Assembly: GCF_009914755.1 (NCBI RefSeq)
Contig: NC_060941.1
DNA: 64,000 bases
Reading direction: 5' to 3' (one strand)
DNA from: the human T2T-CHM13v2.0 reference genome, Homo sapiens
Positions within the stretch are counted from its first letter, which is position 1. Every line of letters begins with the position of its first letter. Of the stretch, positions 12,400 to 26,400 are shown in pieces. The notes under the pieces were generated by a model that was given only the letters and a program-made list of their open reading frames with translations, was not told the DNA's origin and ran no database searches. Made by a program: the position numbers and the translations under genes.

Positions 12400-15300
12400 G
12401 AAGGAATGGAATTGAACGGAGTGGAGTGGCGTGGAGTGGAGTGGAATGAAATGCAATGGAATGGAATCAAATGGAATGCTGAAATGAAATGTGAGCTGAG
12501 ATTGCGCACTGAACTCCAGCCTGGGTGACAGAGTGAGATTCTGTCGAAAGAAAGGAAGGGAATGGAATGGATTTAGAATGGAATATAATGGATTGGATTT
12601 AAAATGGAAGGTAATGGAATGGAGAAGACTGGAGTGGAGTGGAGTGGAATGGAGTAGAGTGGAACGGATTGGAATGGAATGGAATGGAGTGAAAAGAAGT
12701 GAAATGGAGTGGGGTGGAATGGCATAGAATGCAGTTGAGCGGAGTGGAGTGAAATGGAGTGGAGTGGAGAGGAATGGAATTGAGTGGAATGGAATGGAAT
12801 GGAGTGGAATGCAATATAATGAAAGGGAATGGAATGGAGTGGAGTGGAGTGGAATGGAGTGGAGTGGAGTGGAATGGAGTGGAGTGGAATTGAGTGGAAT
12901 GGAATGGAATGGATTGGAATCAAATGGAATGGAATTGAATGGAATGGAATGGAATGGAATCGAATGGAATGGAATTGAATGACATCAAATGGAATTGAAT
13001 GGAATGTGGTGAAGTGGAGTGGAGTGGAATGGAGTGGAATGGAATGGGGTGGAACGAAATTTAATTGAGTGGAGTGAAGCGGAGTGGAATGGATTGGAGT
13101 GGAATGGACTGGGAAGGAATGGAATTGAACGGATTGGAGTGGAGTGGTGTGGAATGGAGTGCATTGGAATTGAATGGACTGGAATGGTGAAATGATATGT
13201 GAGCTGAGATTGTGCACTGCACTCCAATCTGGGTGACAGAGTGAGATCCTGTCATAAGAAAGGAAACGAATAGAATGGATTTACAATGGAATGTAATGGA
13301 ATGGAGTTCAGTGGCATGGAGTGGAGTGGAGTGGAGTGGAACGGAACGGTATGGATTGTTATGGAATGGAATTCAATGGAGTGGAGTGGAGTGCTGTGGG
13401 GTGGAGTGGAGTGGAGTTGAATGGAGTGGAAAGGAATGCGATGGAATGGAGTGGAGTGGAGTTGAGTGGAGTGGAGTGGAAAGGTGTAGAATGGAATGGA
13501 GTGGAGTGAGTGGAATTGAGTGGAGTGGAATGGAATGGAGTGGAATGGTGTGGAGTGGAATGGAGTGGAGTGGAGTTTACTGGAATGGAGTCGAATGGAG
13601 TGGAGTGGATTCCAGTGAAAAGGAGTGGAGTGGAGTGGAGTGGAATGGAATGGAGTGGACTGGAATGGAATGGAGTGGAGCGGAATGGAGTGGAGTAGAG
13701 TGGAATGGAATGGAATGCAATGGAGTGGAATGGAATGGATTCGAATGCAATGGAGTGGAATGGCATGGAATGGAGAAAAGAAATGTGAGCTGAGATTGTG
13801 CACTGCCCTCCAGCCTGAGTGAGAGAATGAGATCCTGTCGAAAGAAAAGAATGGAATGGAATGGATTTAGAATCGAATGGAATGAAATGAAATGGAATGG
13901 AATGCAGTGGAATGGAATGGGGTGGAATGGAGAGGAGTGGAATGGAGTGGAGTGGAGTGGAATGGAATGGAATGGAATCAAATGGAATAGAATCAAATCG
14001 AATGGAATAGAATGAAATGGAATCGAATGGAATTGAATGGAATCGAATGGAAAAAATGGAATCAAATGGAATCAAATCAAATGGAATTGAATGGCATCGA
14101 ATGGAATCGAACGGAATATGGAGAACTGGAATGGAGTGGAGTGGAATGAAGTGGAATGGAATGGGAAGGAATGGAATTGAACGGAGTGCAGTGGAGTGGA
14201 GTGGGATGGAATGCAATGTAATGGAGTGGGATGGAATGCAATTTAATGGAATGGAATGGAATGGTGAAATGAAATGTGAGCTGAGATTCTGCAGTGCAAT
14301 GCAGCCTGGGTGACCTAGTGCAATCCTGTCAAAAGAAAGGAATGGAAGTGAATGGATTTAAAATAGAATGTAATGGAATGGAGTGGAGTGGAGTGGATTA
14401 GCATGGCGTGGAGTGTAGTGGAGGGTAGTGGAATGGAATGGGAAGGAATGGAATTGAACGGAGTGGAGTGGAATGAAATGCAGTGGAATGGAATTGAATG
14501 GAATGGTGAAATGAAATGTGAGCTGAGATTGCGCACTGCACTCCAGCCTGGGAGAAAGAGTGAGATCCTGTCAAAAGGAAGGAAGGTAATGGAATGGATT
14601 TAGAATGCAATATAATGGAATGGATTTAGAATGGAATGTAATGGAATGGAGTAGACTGGAGTGGAGTGGATTGGAGTGGAATGGAATGGAGTGGAATGGA
14701 GTGGAGTGGAATGGAATGGAATGGAATGGAATTGAAAGGAATGGAGTGAAAAGAAGTGAAATGGAGTGGGGTGGAATGGCATGGAATGGAGTCAAGCGGA
14801 GTGGAGTGGAATGGAGTGGAGTGCAGTGGAATGGAATTGAGTGGAATGGAATGGAATGGAATGGAATGGAGTGGAATGGAATATAATGCAAGGAAATGGA
14901 ATGGAGTGGAGTGGAGTGGAATGGAGTGGAATGGAGTGGAGTGGAGTGGAGTGGAATGGAGTGGAATGGAATGGAATGGATTGGAATTGAATGGAATGGA
15001 ATAGAATGGAAAGGAATGGAATCGAATGGAATGGAATTGAATGGCATTGAATGGAATTGAAGGGAATGTAGTGAAGTGGAGTGGAGTGGAATGGAGTGGA
15101 ATGGAATGGGGTGGAATGAAATTTAATGGAGGGGAGTGAAGTGGAGTGGAATGGAGTGGAGTGGAATGGACTGGGAAGGAATGGAATTGAACGGAGTGGA
15201 GTGGAGTGGTGTGGTGTGGAATGGAATGCAATGGAATGGAATGGACTGGAATGGTGAAATGATATGTGAGCTGAGATTGTTCACTGCACTCCAACCTGGG

Positions 15301-17420
15301 TAAGAGAGTGAGATCCTGTCGTAAGAAAGGAAGGGAATTGAATGGATTTACAATGGAATGTAATGGAATGGAGTGGAGTGGCGTGGAGTGGAGCGGAGTG
15401 GAGTTGAATGGAATGCTATGGATTGTTATGGAATGGAATGCAATGGAGTAGAGTGGAGTGCTGTGGGGTGGAGTGGAGTGGAGTGGAATGGAGTGGAATG
15501 GAATGGGATGGAATGGAATGGAGTTGAGTTGAGTGAAGTGAGTGGAAAGGTGTAGAATGGAATGGAATGGAATGGAATGCAATGGAATGGAATGGAATGG
15601 AATGGAGTGGATTGGAATTGAGTGAAGTGGAATGGAATGGAGTGGAATGGAGTGGAGTGGAGTGGAATGGAGTGGAGTGGAGTTTCGTGGAATGGAGTGC
15701 AATGGAGTGGAGTGGATTGGAATGAAAGGGAGTGGAATGGAGTGGAAGAGAGTGGACTGGAATGGAATGGAATGGAGTGGAGTGGAATGGAGTGGAGTGG
15801 AGTGGAATGAAATGGAATGCAATGGAGTGGAATGGAATGAAATGGAATGGAATGAAATGGAATGGAATGACATGGAATGGTGAATTGAAATGTGAGCTGA
15901 GATTGTGTACTGCATTCCAGCCTGGGTGAGAGAGTGAGATCCTGTCAGAAGAAAGGAATGAAATGGAATGGATTTAGAATGGAATGGAATGAAATGGAAT
16001 GGAATGGTATGAGGTGGAATGGAGTGGAGCGCAATGGCGTGGAGTGGAATGGATTGGAGTGGAATGGAATCGAATGGAATCGAATGCAATCGAATGTAAT
16101 CGAATCGACTCGAGTTGAATCAAATCGAATCGAATGGAATCGAATCGAATGGAATCAAATGGAATCAAACAGAATCGAATGGAAAAAATGGAATCAAATG
16201 GAATTGAATGGAATCTAATCGAATGGAATCGAATTGCATTGAATTGAATTGAATGGAATATGCTGAAGTGGAATGGAGTGGAATGGAATTCAATGGATTG
16301 GAGTGGAGTGGAATGGAATGGAATGCAATGGAATGCAATGGAATGGAATGGTGAAATGAAATGTGAGCTGAGATTGTGCAGTGCAGTGCAGCCTGGGTGA
16401 CCTAGTGAGATCCTGTAAAAAGAAAGGAATGGAATTGAATGGATTTAAAACGGAATGTAATGGAATGGAGTGGAGTGGAGTGGATTACCGTGGAGTGGAG
16501 TGGAGTCGAGTGGAATGGAATGGGAAGGAATGGAATTGAACAGAATGGAGTGGAGTGGAATGAAATGCAATTGAATGGAATCGAATGGAATGGTGAAATG
16601 AAATGTGAGCTGAGATTGCACACTGCACTCAAGCCTGGGTGATAAAGTGAGATCCTGTCGAAAGAAAGGAACGGAATGGAATGGATTTATAATGGAATAT
16701 AATGGAATGGATTTAGAATGAAATGTAATGGAATGGAGTAGACTGGAGTGGAGTGGAGTGGAGTGGAGTGGAATGGAGTGGAGTGGAATAGAGTGCAGTG
16801 GAATAGAATGGAATGGAGTGAAAAGAAGGGAAATGGAGTGGGGTGGAATGGCATGGAATGGAGTTGAGTGGAGTGGAGTGGAATGGAGTGGAGTGGAATG
16901 GAATTGAGTGGAATGGAATGGAATAGAGTGGAATGGAATATAATGGAAGGGAATGGAAAGGAGTGGAGTGGAGGGGAATGGAGTGGAATAGAGTGGAATG
17001 GACTGGAGTGGAATGGAGTGGAGTGGAATGGAGTGGAATGGAATGGAATGGAATGGATTGGAATTGAATGGAACGGAATAGAATGGAATGGAATGGAATC
17101 AAATGGAATGGAATTGAATGGCATTGAAAGGAATTGAATGGAATGTGGTGAAATAGAGTGGTGAGGAGTGGAGTGGAATGGAGTGGAATGGAATGGGTTG
17201 GAATGAAATTTAATGGAGTGGAGTGAAGTGGAGTGGAATGGAGTGGAGTGGAATGGACTGGGAAGGAATGGAATTGAACGTAGTGGAGTGGAGTGGTGTG
17301 GAATGGAATGCAATTGGATGTAAAGGACTGTTATGGTGAAATGATATGTGAGCTGAGATTGTGCACTGCACTCCAACCTGGGTGACAGAGTGAGATCCTG
17401 TCGTAAGAAAGGAATGGAAT
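12400..17420 (+). repeat. 4-monomer ~2.07-kb higher-order repeat, ~2.5 copies
   Basis: Cassette variants recur at 12491/14518/16605, 13199/15266/17348 (aatgatatgtg, tccaa), 13785/15892 and 14276/16363 (gcagtgca-gcagcc, gacctag). gaaaagaag recurs at ~12691/14748/16820. Confidence 0.88.
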
Positions 17421-20400
17421 GGAATGGAATTACAATGTAATGTAATGTAATGCAGTGGAGAGGAGTGGAGTGGAATGGTGTGGAGTGGAGTGGAGTGCAG
17501 TGGAATGCAGTGGAAAGGAATGGGGTGTAGTGGACTTGAATGGAGTGGAGGGGAGTGTCGTGGAATGGAGTGGAATGGAATGGAATGGGAAGGAATGAAA
17601 TTGAACAGAGTGGAGTGGAGTGAAGTGGAATGGAATGCAATGGAATGGAATGGAATGGTGAAATGAAATGTGAGCTGAGAATGTGCACTGCACTCCATAC
17701 TGGGTGACAGAATGAGATCCTGAAGAAAGAAACGACGGGAATGGAATGGATTTAGAGTGGAATGTAAGGGAATTTAGTGGAGTGGAGTGGAGTCACATGG
17801 AGTGGAGTGAAGTGGAATGGAGTGGTGTGGATTGTTATGGAATGGAGTTGAGTGGAGTGGAGTGGGGTGGAGTGGAATGGAGTGGAGTGGAGTAGAAAGG
17901 TGCATAATGGAATGGAATGGAATGGAGCAGAGGGGAGGGGAATGGAATTGAGTGGAGTGGAATGGAATGGAGTGGAACGGAGTGGAGGGGAGTAGAATGG
18001 AATGGAGTGGAGTGGAGTGGAGTGAAGTGGAGTGGAATGGACTGGAGTGGAGTCGAATTGACTGGAGTGGAATGGAATGGACGTGAGTGGAATGGAATGG
18101 ATTGGAGTGGAATGGAGTGGAGTGGAGTGAAGTGGAGTGGAATGGACTGGAGTGGAGTCGAATTGACTGGAGTGGAATGGAATGGACGTGAGCGGAATGG
18201 AATGGATTGGAGTGGAATGGAGTGGAGTGGAGTGGAATGGAGTGGAGTGGAGTGGTATGGAGTTGGAGTGGAAAGGAGTGGAGTGGAGTGGAATGGAGTG
18301 GAGAGGAGTGGTATGGAGTGGAAGGGAATGGAATGGATTGGAATGGAATGGAATGGAATACATTGGAATGGAATGGAAAGGAATGGAATGGAATGGAATG
18401 CAAGGGAAACGAATCGATTGGAATCAAATGGAATCGAATGAAATTGAGTGGGATGGAATGGAATCGAATGGAATGGAATCAAATGACATAGAATGGAATC
18501 AAAAGGAATGTGGTGAACTGGAAAGGATTGTCATGGAATGTGGTGGAATGGACTGGGGTGGAATGGAATTGAATGGAGTGGAGTGGAGTGGAGTGGAGTG
18601 GAATGTAATGCGATAGAATGGAATGGTGAAATAAAATGTGAGTTGAGATTGTGCACTGCACTCCAGCCTAGGTGACAGAGTGAGAACCTGACGAAAGAAA
18701 GGAAGGGAATGGAATAGATTTAGAATGGAATGGAATGGAATGGAATGGAATGGAATGGAATGGAATGGAATGGAATGGATTTAGAATGGAATGGAATGCA
18801 ATGGAGTGGAATGGAGTGGAATCGAGTTTAGTGGAATTGAATGGAATGGGGTGGAGTGGAATGGAGTGGAATGCAGTGGAATGGAGTGGAATGCAGTGGA
18901 ATGGAGTGGAATGGAATGGAGTGGAGTGGAATGGAGTAGAGTGGAACGGAATGGAGTGGAATGGAATGGAATGGAATGGAATGGAGTGGAATGGAATGGA
19001 ATGGAATGGAATGGAGTGGAATGGAATGGAATGGAATGGAGTGGAATGGAATGGAATGGAATTGAATGGAATGGAATGCAATGGAATGGAATGGAACTGA
19101 ATGGAATAGAACGGAATCGAATCGAATCGAACTGACTCAAATCAAATCGAATTGAATCAAATGGAACAAAATAGAATTGAATGGAATTGAATAGAACAAA
19201 TGGAATCGAAATGAATCGAATGGAATTGAATCGAATGGAATCGAATGGCATGGAATTGAATCAAATGGAATGTGGTGAAAAGGAGTGGAGTGGAGTGGAA
19301 AGGATTGGAATGAAAGGGGGTGGAATGGAATTGAACGGAGTGGAGTGCAGTGGAGTGGATTTGAGTGGAGTGGAATGGAATGGGAAGGAATGGAATTGAA
19401 TGGAGTGGAGTGGAATGGAATGAGTGGAGTGGAATGGAATGGAATGGAATGGAAAGGAATCAAATGGAATGGAATTGAATGGAATCAAATGGAATCGAAT
19501 GGAATCAAATGGAAGCAAATGGTTTTGAATCGAATCGAATCAAATGGAATCGAGTGGAATCAAATGGGATAGAATGAAATCAAATGGAAAAAATGGAATT
19601 GAATGGAATCAAAAGGAATCGATTCGAATGGAATCGAGTGGCATCGAACAGAACCGAATGGAATGCGATGAAATGTACTGGAGTGGAGTGGAATGGAGTG
19701 GAAAGGAATGGGGTGGAATGGAATTGAATGGAGTTGAGAGGAGTAGAATATATTGGAATGAAATGGAATGGGAAGGAATGGATTTGAACGGAGTGGAGTG
19801 GAGTAGAATGGAATGGAATGGAATGGAATGGAATGGAATGGAATTTAATGGAATGGAATGGAATGGTGAAATGAAAGGTGAGCTGAGATTGTGCACTGCA
19901 CTCCAGCCAGGGTGACAGAGTGAGATCATTTCGAAAGAAAGGAATGGAATGGAATGGATTTAGAATGGAATGTAATGGAATGTAGTGGAGGGAATTGGAG
20001 TGGCGTGGAGTGGAGTGGAGTGGAGTGAAATGGAGTGGAATGTATTGTTATGGAATGGAATGGAATGGAGTGGAGTGGAGTGGGATGAAGTGAAGTGGAA
20101 TGGAGTGGAATGTATTGTTATGGAATGGAATGGTGTGGAGTGGAGTGAAGTGGAGTGGGATGAAGTGGAGTGGAATGGAGTGCAATGGAATGGGATGGAA
20201 CAGAAAGGAGTAGAGTGTAGTGGTGTGGAGTGCAAAGGTGTAGAATGGAATGGATTGGAAAGGAGTGGAGTGGAGTTGAGTGGAGTGGAATGGAATGGAA
20301 TGGTGTGGAGAGGAGTAGAATGGAGTGGAGTGGAGTGCAGTGGAGTGAAGTGACTTGGAATGGAATGGAGTGCAGTGGAATGGAATGGAGTGGAGTGGAA

Positions 20401-23400
20401 TGCACTGGAGGGGATGGAATTAACTGGAGTGGAATGGAATGGACTGTAATGGAATGAAAAGGAATGGAGTGGAGTGGAATGGAGTGGAGTGGAGTCTTAT
20501 GGTGTGGAATGGAATGCAATGTTGTGGAGTGGAGGAGAGTGGAGTGGAGTGGACTGGAGTGTAGGGGAAGAGAGTGGAATGGAATGGAGAGGAGTGGAGT
20601 GGAATGGAGGGGGTGGAATGGAGTGGAGTGGAGTGGTTTGGATTGCAATGGAATGGAATGGAATGGAATGAAGTGGAGTGGAATGGAGAGGAATGGAATG
20701 GAATGGAATGCAATGCAATGCAATGGAATGGAAGGGAATGGAGTGGAATGGAATGGAATGGATTGGAATCGAACGGAATGTAATGGAATCGAATGGAATG
20801 GAATCGAATGAAATCAAAAGAATGGAATAGAATTGAATGGAACGGAATCGAATAGCATCGAATGGAATCGAATGGAATGCGGTGAAGTGGAGTGGAGTGG
20901 AATGGAGTGGAATGGAATGGGGTGGAATGGAATTGAATGGAGCAGAGTGGATTGGGGTGGAATGGAGTGGAGTGGAATGAAATGGGAAGGAATGGAATTG
21001 AACGGAGTGGAGTGGAGTGGAATGGAATGCAATGGAATGGAATGGAATGGAATGTTGAATTGTGAGCTGAGATGGTGTACTGCACTACAGCCTGAGTGAC
21101 AGAGTGAGATCCTTTTGAAAGAAAGGAAGGGAATGGAATGGATTTAGAATGGAATGTAATGGAATGGATTTAGAATGGAATAGAATGGAATGGAGTGGAG
21201 TGGATTGGAGTTGAGTGGAGTGGAATGGAGTGGAATGGAATGGAGTGGAGTGGAATGGAATGGACTGGAATGGAGTGCAATGGAGTGGAGTGGAATGGAA
21301 TGGAATGAAGTGGATTGGAGTGGAGTGGAGTGGAGTGGAATGGAGTGGAGTGAAGTGGAATGAAGTGGAGTGGAATAGAATGGAATGGAGTGGAATGTAA
21401 TTGAATGGAATGCAGTGGAATAGAGTGGAGTGGAGTGGAATGGAGTGGAGTGGAATGGAGTGGAATGGAGTGAAGTAGAGTGGAGTGGAGTGGAGTGGAA
21501 TGAAGTGATGTGGAATGAAGTGGAAGGGAATGGAACGGAATGGAATGGAATGGATTGGAATCAAATGGAACGGAATGGAACCGAATGGAATGGAATCGAA
21601 TGAAATCAAATGGAATGGAATGGAATCGAATGGCATCGAATGGAATTGAATGGAATGAGGTGAAGTGGAGTGGAGTGGAATGGAGAGGAATGGAATGGGG
21701 TGGAATGGAATTGAATGGAGCAGAGTGGAGTGGGGTGGAATGGAGTGGAGTGAAATAAAGTGGGAAGGAGTGGAATTGAACAGAGTGGAGTGGAGTGGAG
21801 TGGAATGGAATACAATGGAATGTAATGCAATGGAATGGAATGGAATGGTGAAATCAAATGTGAGGTGAGATTTTGCTCTGCACTCCAGCCTGAGTGACAG
21901 AGTGAGATCCTTTCGAAAGAAAGGAAAGGAATGGCATGGATTTAGAATGGAATGGAATGGAATGGAATGGTGTGGATTGGAGTGGAGTGGAGTTCAGCGG
22001 AGTTGAATGGAGTGGAATGGAATGGAGTGGAGTGGAATGGAATGGGCTGCAACGGAGTGGAATGGAATGGAATGGAGTGGAGTGGAGTGGAATGGAATGG
22101 AGTGGAGTGGAATGAAATGAAGTGGAATATAATGGAATGGAGTGGAATGGAATTGAATGGAATCGAGTGAGATGGAGTGGAGTGGAGTGGAGTGGAATGG
22201 AGTGGAGTGGAATGGACTGGAATGGAGTGGAGTCGAGTGGAATGGAGTGGAGTGGAATGGAGTGGAATGTAATGGAAGGGAATGGAATGGAATCGAATCG
22301 AATGGAACAGAATTCAATGGAATGGAATGGAATGGAATGGAATCGAATGGAATGGAATGGAATCGAATGGAATGGAATCAAATGGCATCAAATGGATTCG
22401 AATGAAATGTGGTGAAGTGGAGTGGAGTGGAGTGGAATGGAGTCAAAAGGAATGGAGTGGAATGGAATTGAATGAAGTAGAGTGCAGTTGAGTGGAATGG
22501 AGTAGAGTGGAATGCACTGGGAAGGAATGGAATTGAACGGAGTGGAGTGGAGTAGAGTGGAGTGGAATGGAATGCAATGGAATGGAATGGAATTTAATGG
22601 AATGGAATAGAATGGTGAAATGAAATGTGAGCTCACATTGTGCACTGAACTCCAACCTGGGTGACACAGTGAGATGCTGTTGAAAGAAAGGAATAGAATA
22701 GAATGGATTTAGAATGGAATGTAATGGAATGGAGTGGAGTGGGGTGGAGTGGATTGGTGTGGAGTGGAATGGAGTGGTTTTGATAGTTATGCAATGGAAT
22801 GGAATGGAGTGCAGTGGAGTGGCGTGGAGTGGAGTGGAATCGAGTGGAATGGAATGGGATGGAATGGAACAGAGTAGAGTGGAGTGGAGTGGAGTGGAAA
22901 GGTGTAGAAAGAAATGGAATGGAATAGAGAGGAGTGGAGTGGAGGGTAGTTGAGTGGAGTGGATTGGAGTGCAGTGAAATGGAGTGAAATGGAGTGGTGT
23001 GGAATGCAGTGGACTGGAGTGGAGTGGAGTGGAGTCAAGTGGAAAGGTGTAGAATGGAATGGAATGGAAAGGAGAGGAGGGGAGTGGAGTGGATTTGAGT
23101 GGAATGGATGGTAGTGCAGTGGAATGGAGTGGAGTGGAATGGAGTAGAGTGTAGTGGAGTAGAGTTGAGTTGAGTGGAATGGAATAGAACGAAATGGAAT
23201 GGAGTGGAATGGAATGGAATGGAATGCCATGGAATGGAATCGAAAGGAATGGAATTGAACGGAATTGAATGGATTCAAATGCAATGGAAGGAAAATGAAT
23301 GGAATGGAATCGAATGGAATGCGGTGAAATGGAATGGAGTGGAGTTGAATGGAGTGGAATGAAAAGGGATGGAATGGAAATGAATGGAGTGGAGTGGAAC

Positions 23401-26400
23401 GGAGTAGAATGGAGTGGAGTGGAATGGAATGGGAAGGAATGGAATTGAACGGAGGGGAGTGGAGTGGGGTGGAATGAAATGCAATGGAACAGAATTGAAT
23501 AGAATGGTGAAATGAAATGTGAGCTGAGATTGCACACTGCACTCCAGCCTGGGTGAGACAGTGAGATCCTGTTGAAAGAAAGGAAGGGAATGGAATGGAT
23601 TCAGAATGGAATATAATGGAATGGATTTAGAATGGAATGTAACGGAATGGAGTGCAGTGGAGTGCAGTGGAATGGACTGGAGTGGAGTGGAACGGAATGG
23701 TATGGATTGTTATGGAATGGAATGCAATGGAGTGGAACGGAGTGCTGTGGGGTAGAGTGGAGTGGAATGGAATGGAGTGGAATGGAATGGAATGGGATGG
23801 AAAGGAATGGAGAGGAGTGGAGTGGAGTGGAAATGTGTAGAATGGAATGGAATGGAGTGGAGTGGAATGGAGTGGAGTGGAGTGGAGTAGAGTGGAGTTT
23901 AGTGAAATGGAGTGGAATGGAGTGGAGTGGATTGGAATGAAAGGGAATGGAGTGGAGTGGAGTGGTGTGGAATGGAGTGGACTGGAATGGAATTGAGTGG
24001 AGTGGAATGGAGTGGAGTGGAGTGGAATGGAATGAAATGCAATGGATTGGAATGGAAAGGAATTGAATGCAATGGAATGGAATGGCATGGAATGGTGAAA
24101 TGAAATGTGAGCTGAGATTGTGCACTGCACTCCAGCCTGGGTGAGAGAGTGAGATCCTGTCGAAAGAAAGGAATGCTATGGAATGGATTTAGAAAGAATG
24201 GAATGGAATGGAATGGAATGGAATGGAATGGAATGGAATTGAGTGGAATGGAGTGGAGTGGAATGGAATGGTGTGGAGTGGAATGGAATGGAATGGAATC
24301 GAATGGAATCGAATCAAATCGAATCGAATCAAATTGAATGGAATCGAGTCAAATGGAATCTAATGTAATTGAATGGAATCGAATGGAAAAATGGATTCGA
24401 ATGGAATCGAATCAAATGGAATCGAATGGCATCAAATGGAATCAAATGGCATCAAATGGAATCGAATGGAATGCTGTGAAGTGGAATGGAGTGGAGTGGA
24501 ATGGAGTGGAATGGAATGGGGTAGAATGGAATTCAATGGAGTGGAGTGGAGTGGAATGGAATCGAATGGAATGAAATGGGAAGGAATGGAATTGACCGGA
24601 GTGGAGTGGAGTGGAGTGGAATGGAATGCAATGGAATGGAATGGAATGGAATGGTGAAATGAAATGTGAGCTGAGATTGTGCACTGCACTCCAGCCTGGG
24701 TGACAGAGCGAGATTCCATCGAAAGAAAGGAATGGAATGGAATGGATTTACAATGGAATGTATTGTAATGGAGTGGAGTGGAGTGGCGTGGAGTGGAGTG
24801 GAGTGGAATTGAGTGGTATAGATTGTTATGGAATGGAATGGAATGGAATGGAGCAGAGTGGAGTGGGGTGGAGTGGAGTGGAGTGGAATGGAGTGGAATG
24901 GAATGGGATGGAATGGAATGAAGTGGAGTGGAGTGGCATAGAGTGGAGTGGAGTGGAATTTAGTGGTATGGATTCTTATGGAATGGAATGGAATGGAGTT
25001 GAGTGGAGTGTAGTTGGGTGGAGTGGAGAGGAGGGGAATGGAGTGGAATGGAATGGGATGGAATGGAATGGGGAGGAGTGGAGTGGAGTGGAAAGGTGTA
25101 GAATGGAATGGAATGGAATATAGTGGAGTGGAGGGGAGTTGAGTGCAGTGGAATGGAATGGAGTGGAATGAAGTGGAGTGGAGTGGAATGGAGAGGAGTG
25201 GAGTGGAGTGGAATGGAGCAGAGTGGAGAGGAGTGGAGTGAAGTGAAGTGGAGTGGAATGGAATGGAGTGGAGTGGAAAGCAATAGAGTGGAGTGGAATG
25301 GACTGGAGTGGAATGGAATGGACTTGAGTGGAATGATATGGGGTGGAGTGGAATGGAATGGAGTGCAGTAGAGTGGAGTGGAGTAGAATAGAGTGGAGTG
25401 GAATGGAGTGGAATGGACTGGAGTGGAGTGGAATGGAGTGGAATGGAATGGAATGGAATGGATTGGAGTGGAGTCTTATGGAGTGCAGTGCAATGGAGTG
25501 GAATGGAGTGGAATGGAATGGAACAGAATGAAATGGAGTGGAATCGAAAGGAATCAAATGGAATGGAATGGAATGGAATGGAATGGAATGCGATGAAGTG
25601 GTGTGGAGAAGGGTGGAATGGAGTGGAATGGAATGGGGTGGAATAGAATTCAATGGAGTGGAGTGCAGTGGAGTGGCATGGAGTAGAGTGGAACGGAATG
25701 GGAAGGAATTGAACAGAGTGGATTTTAGTGGAGTGAAGTGGAATGCAAAGGAATGGAATGGTGAAATGAAATGTGAGCAGAGATTGTGCGCTGCACTCCA
25801 GCCTGGGTGACCTAGTGAGATCCTGTCAAAAGAAATGAATGGAATGGAACAGATTTAAAATGGAATGTAATGGAATGGACTAGAGTGGAGTGGAGTAGCG
25901 TGGAGTGGAGTGAAATGGAGTGGTATGGATTCTTATGGAATGGAATGGAATGGAGTGGGGTGGAGTGGAGTGGAAAGGTGTGGAATGGAATGGAATGGAG
26001 TATAGTGGAGTGGAGTGGAGTGGAGGGGAGTTGAGTGCAGTGGAATGGAATGGAGTGGAATGGAGTGGAGTGGAATGGAGCAGTGTGGAGTGGAGTGGAG
26101 TGAAGTGAAGTGGAGTGGAATGGAATGGAATGGAGTAGAGTGGAATGGACTGCAGTGGAGTGGAATGGACTGGAGTGGAATGGAATGGACTGGGGTGGAA
26201 TGGTATGGAGTGGAGTGGAATGGAATGGAGTGCAGTGGAGTGGAGTGGAATGCAGTGGAGTGGAATTGAGTAGAATGGACGTGACTGAAGTGGAATGGAG
26301 TGGAATGGAATGGAATGGAGTGGAGTGGAGAGGAATGGAGTGCAGTGCAATGGAGTGGAGTGAAGTGGAGTGGAATGGAATGGAATGGAATCAAAAGAAA

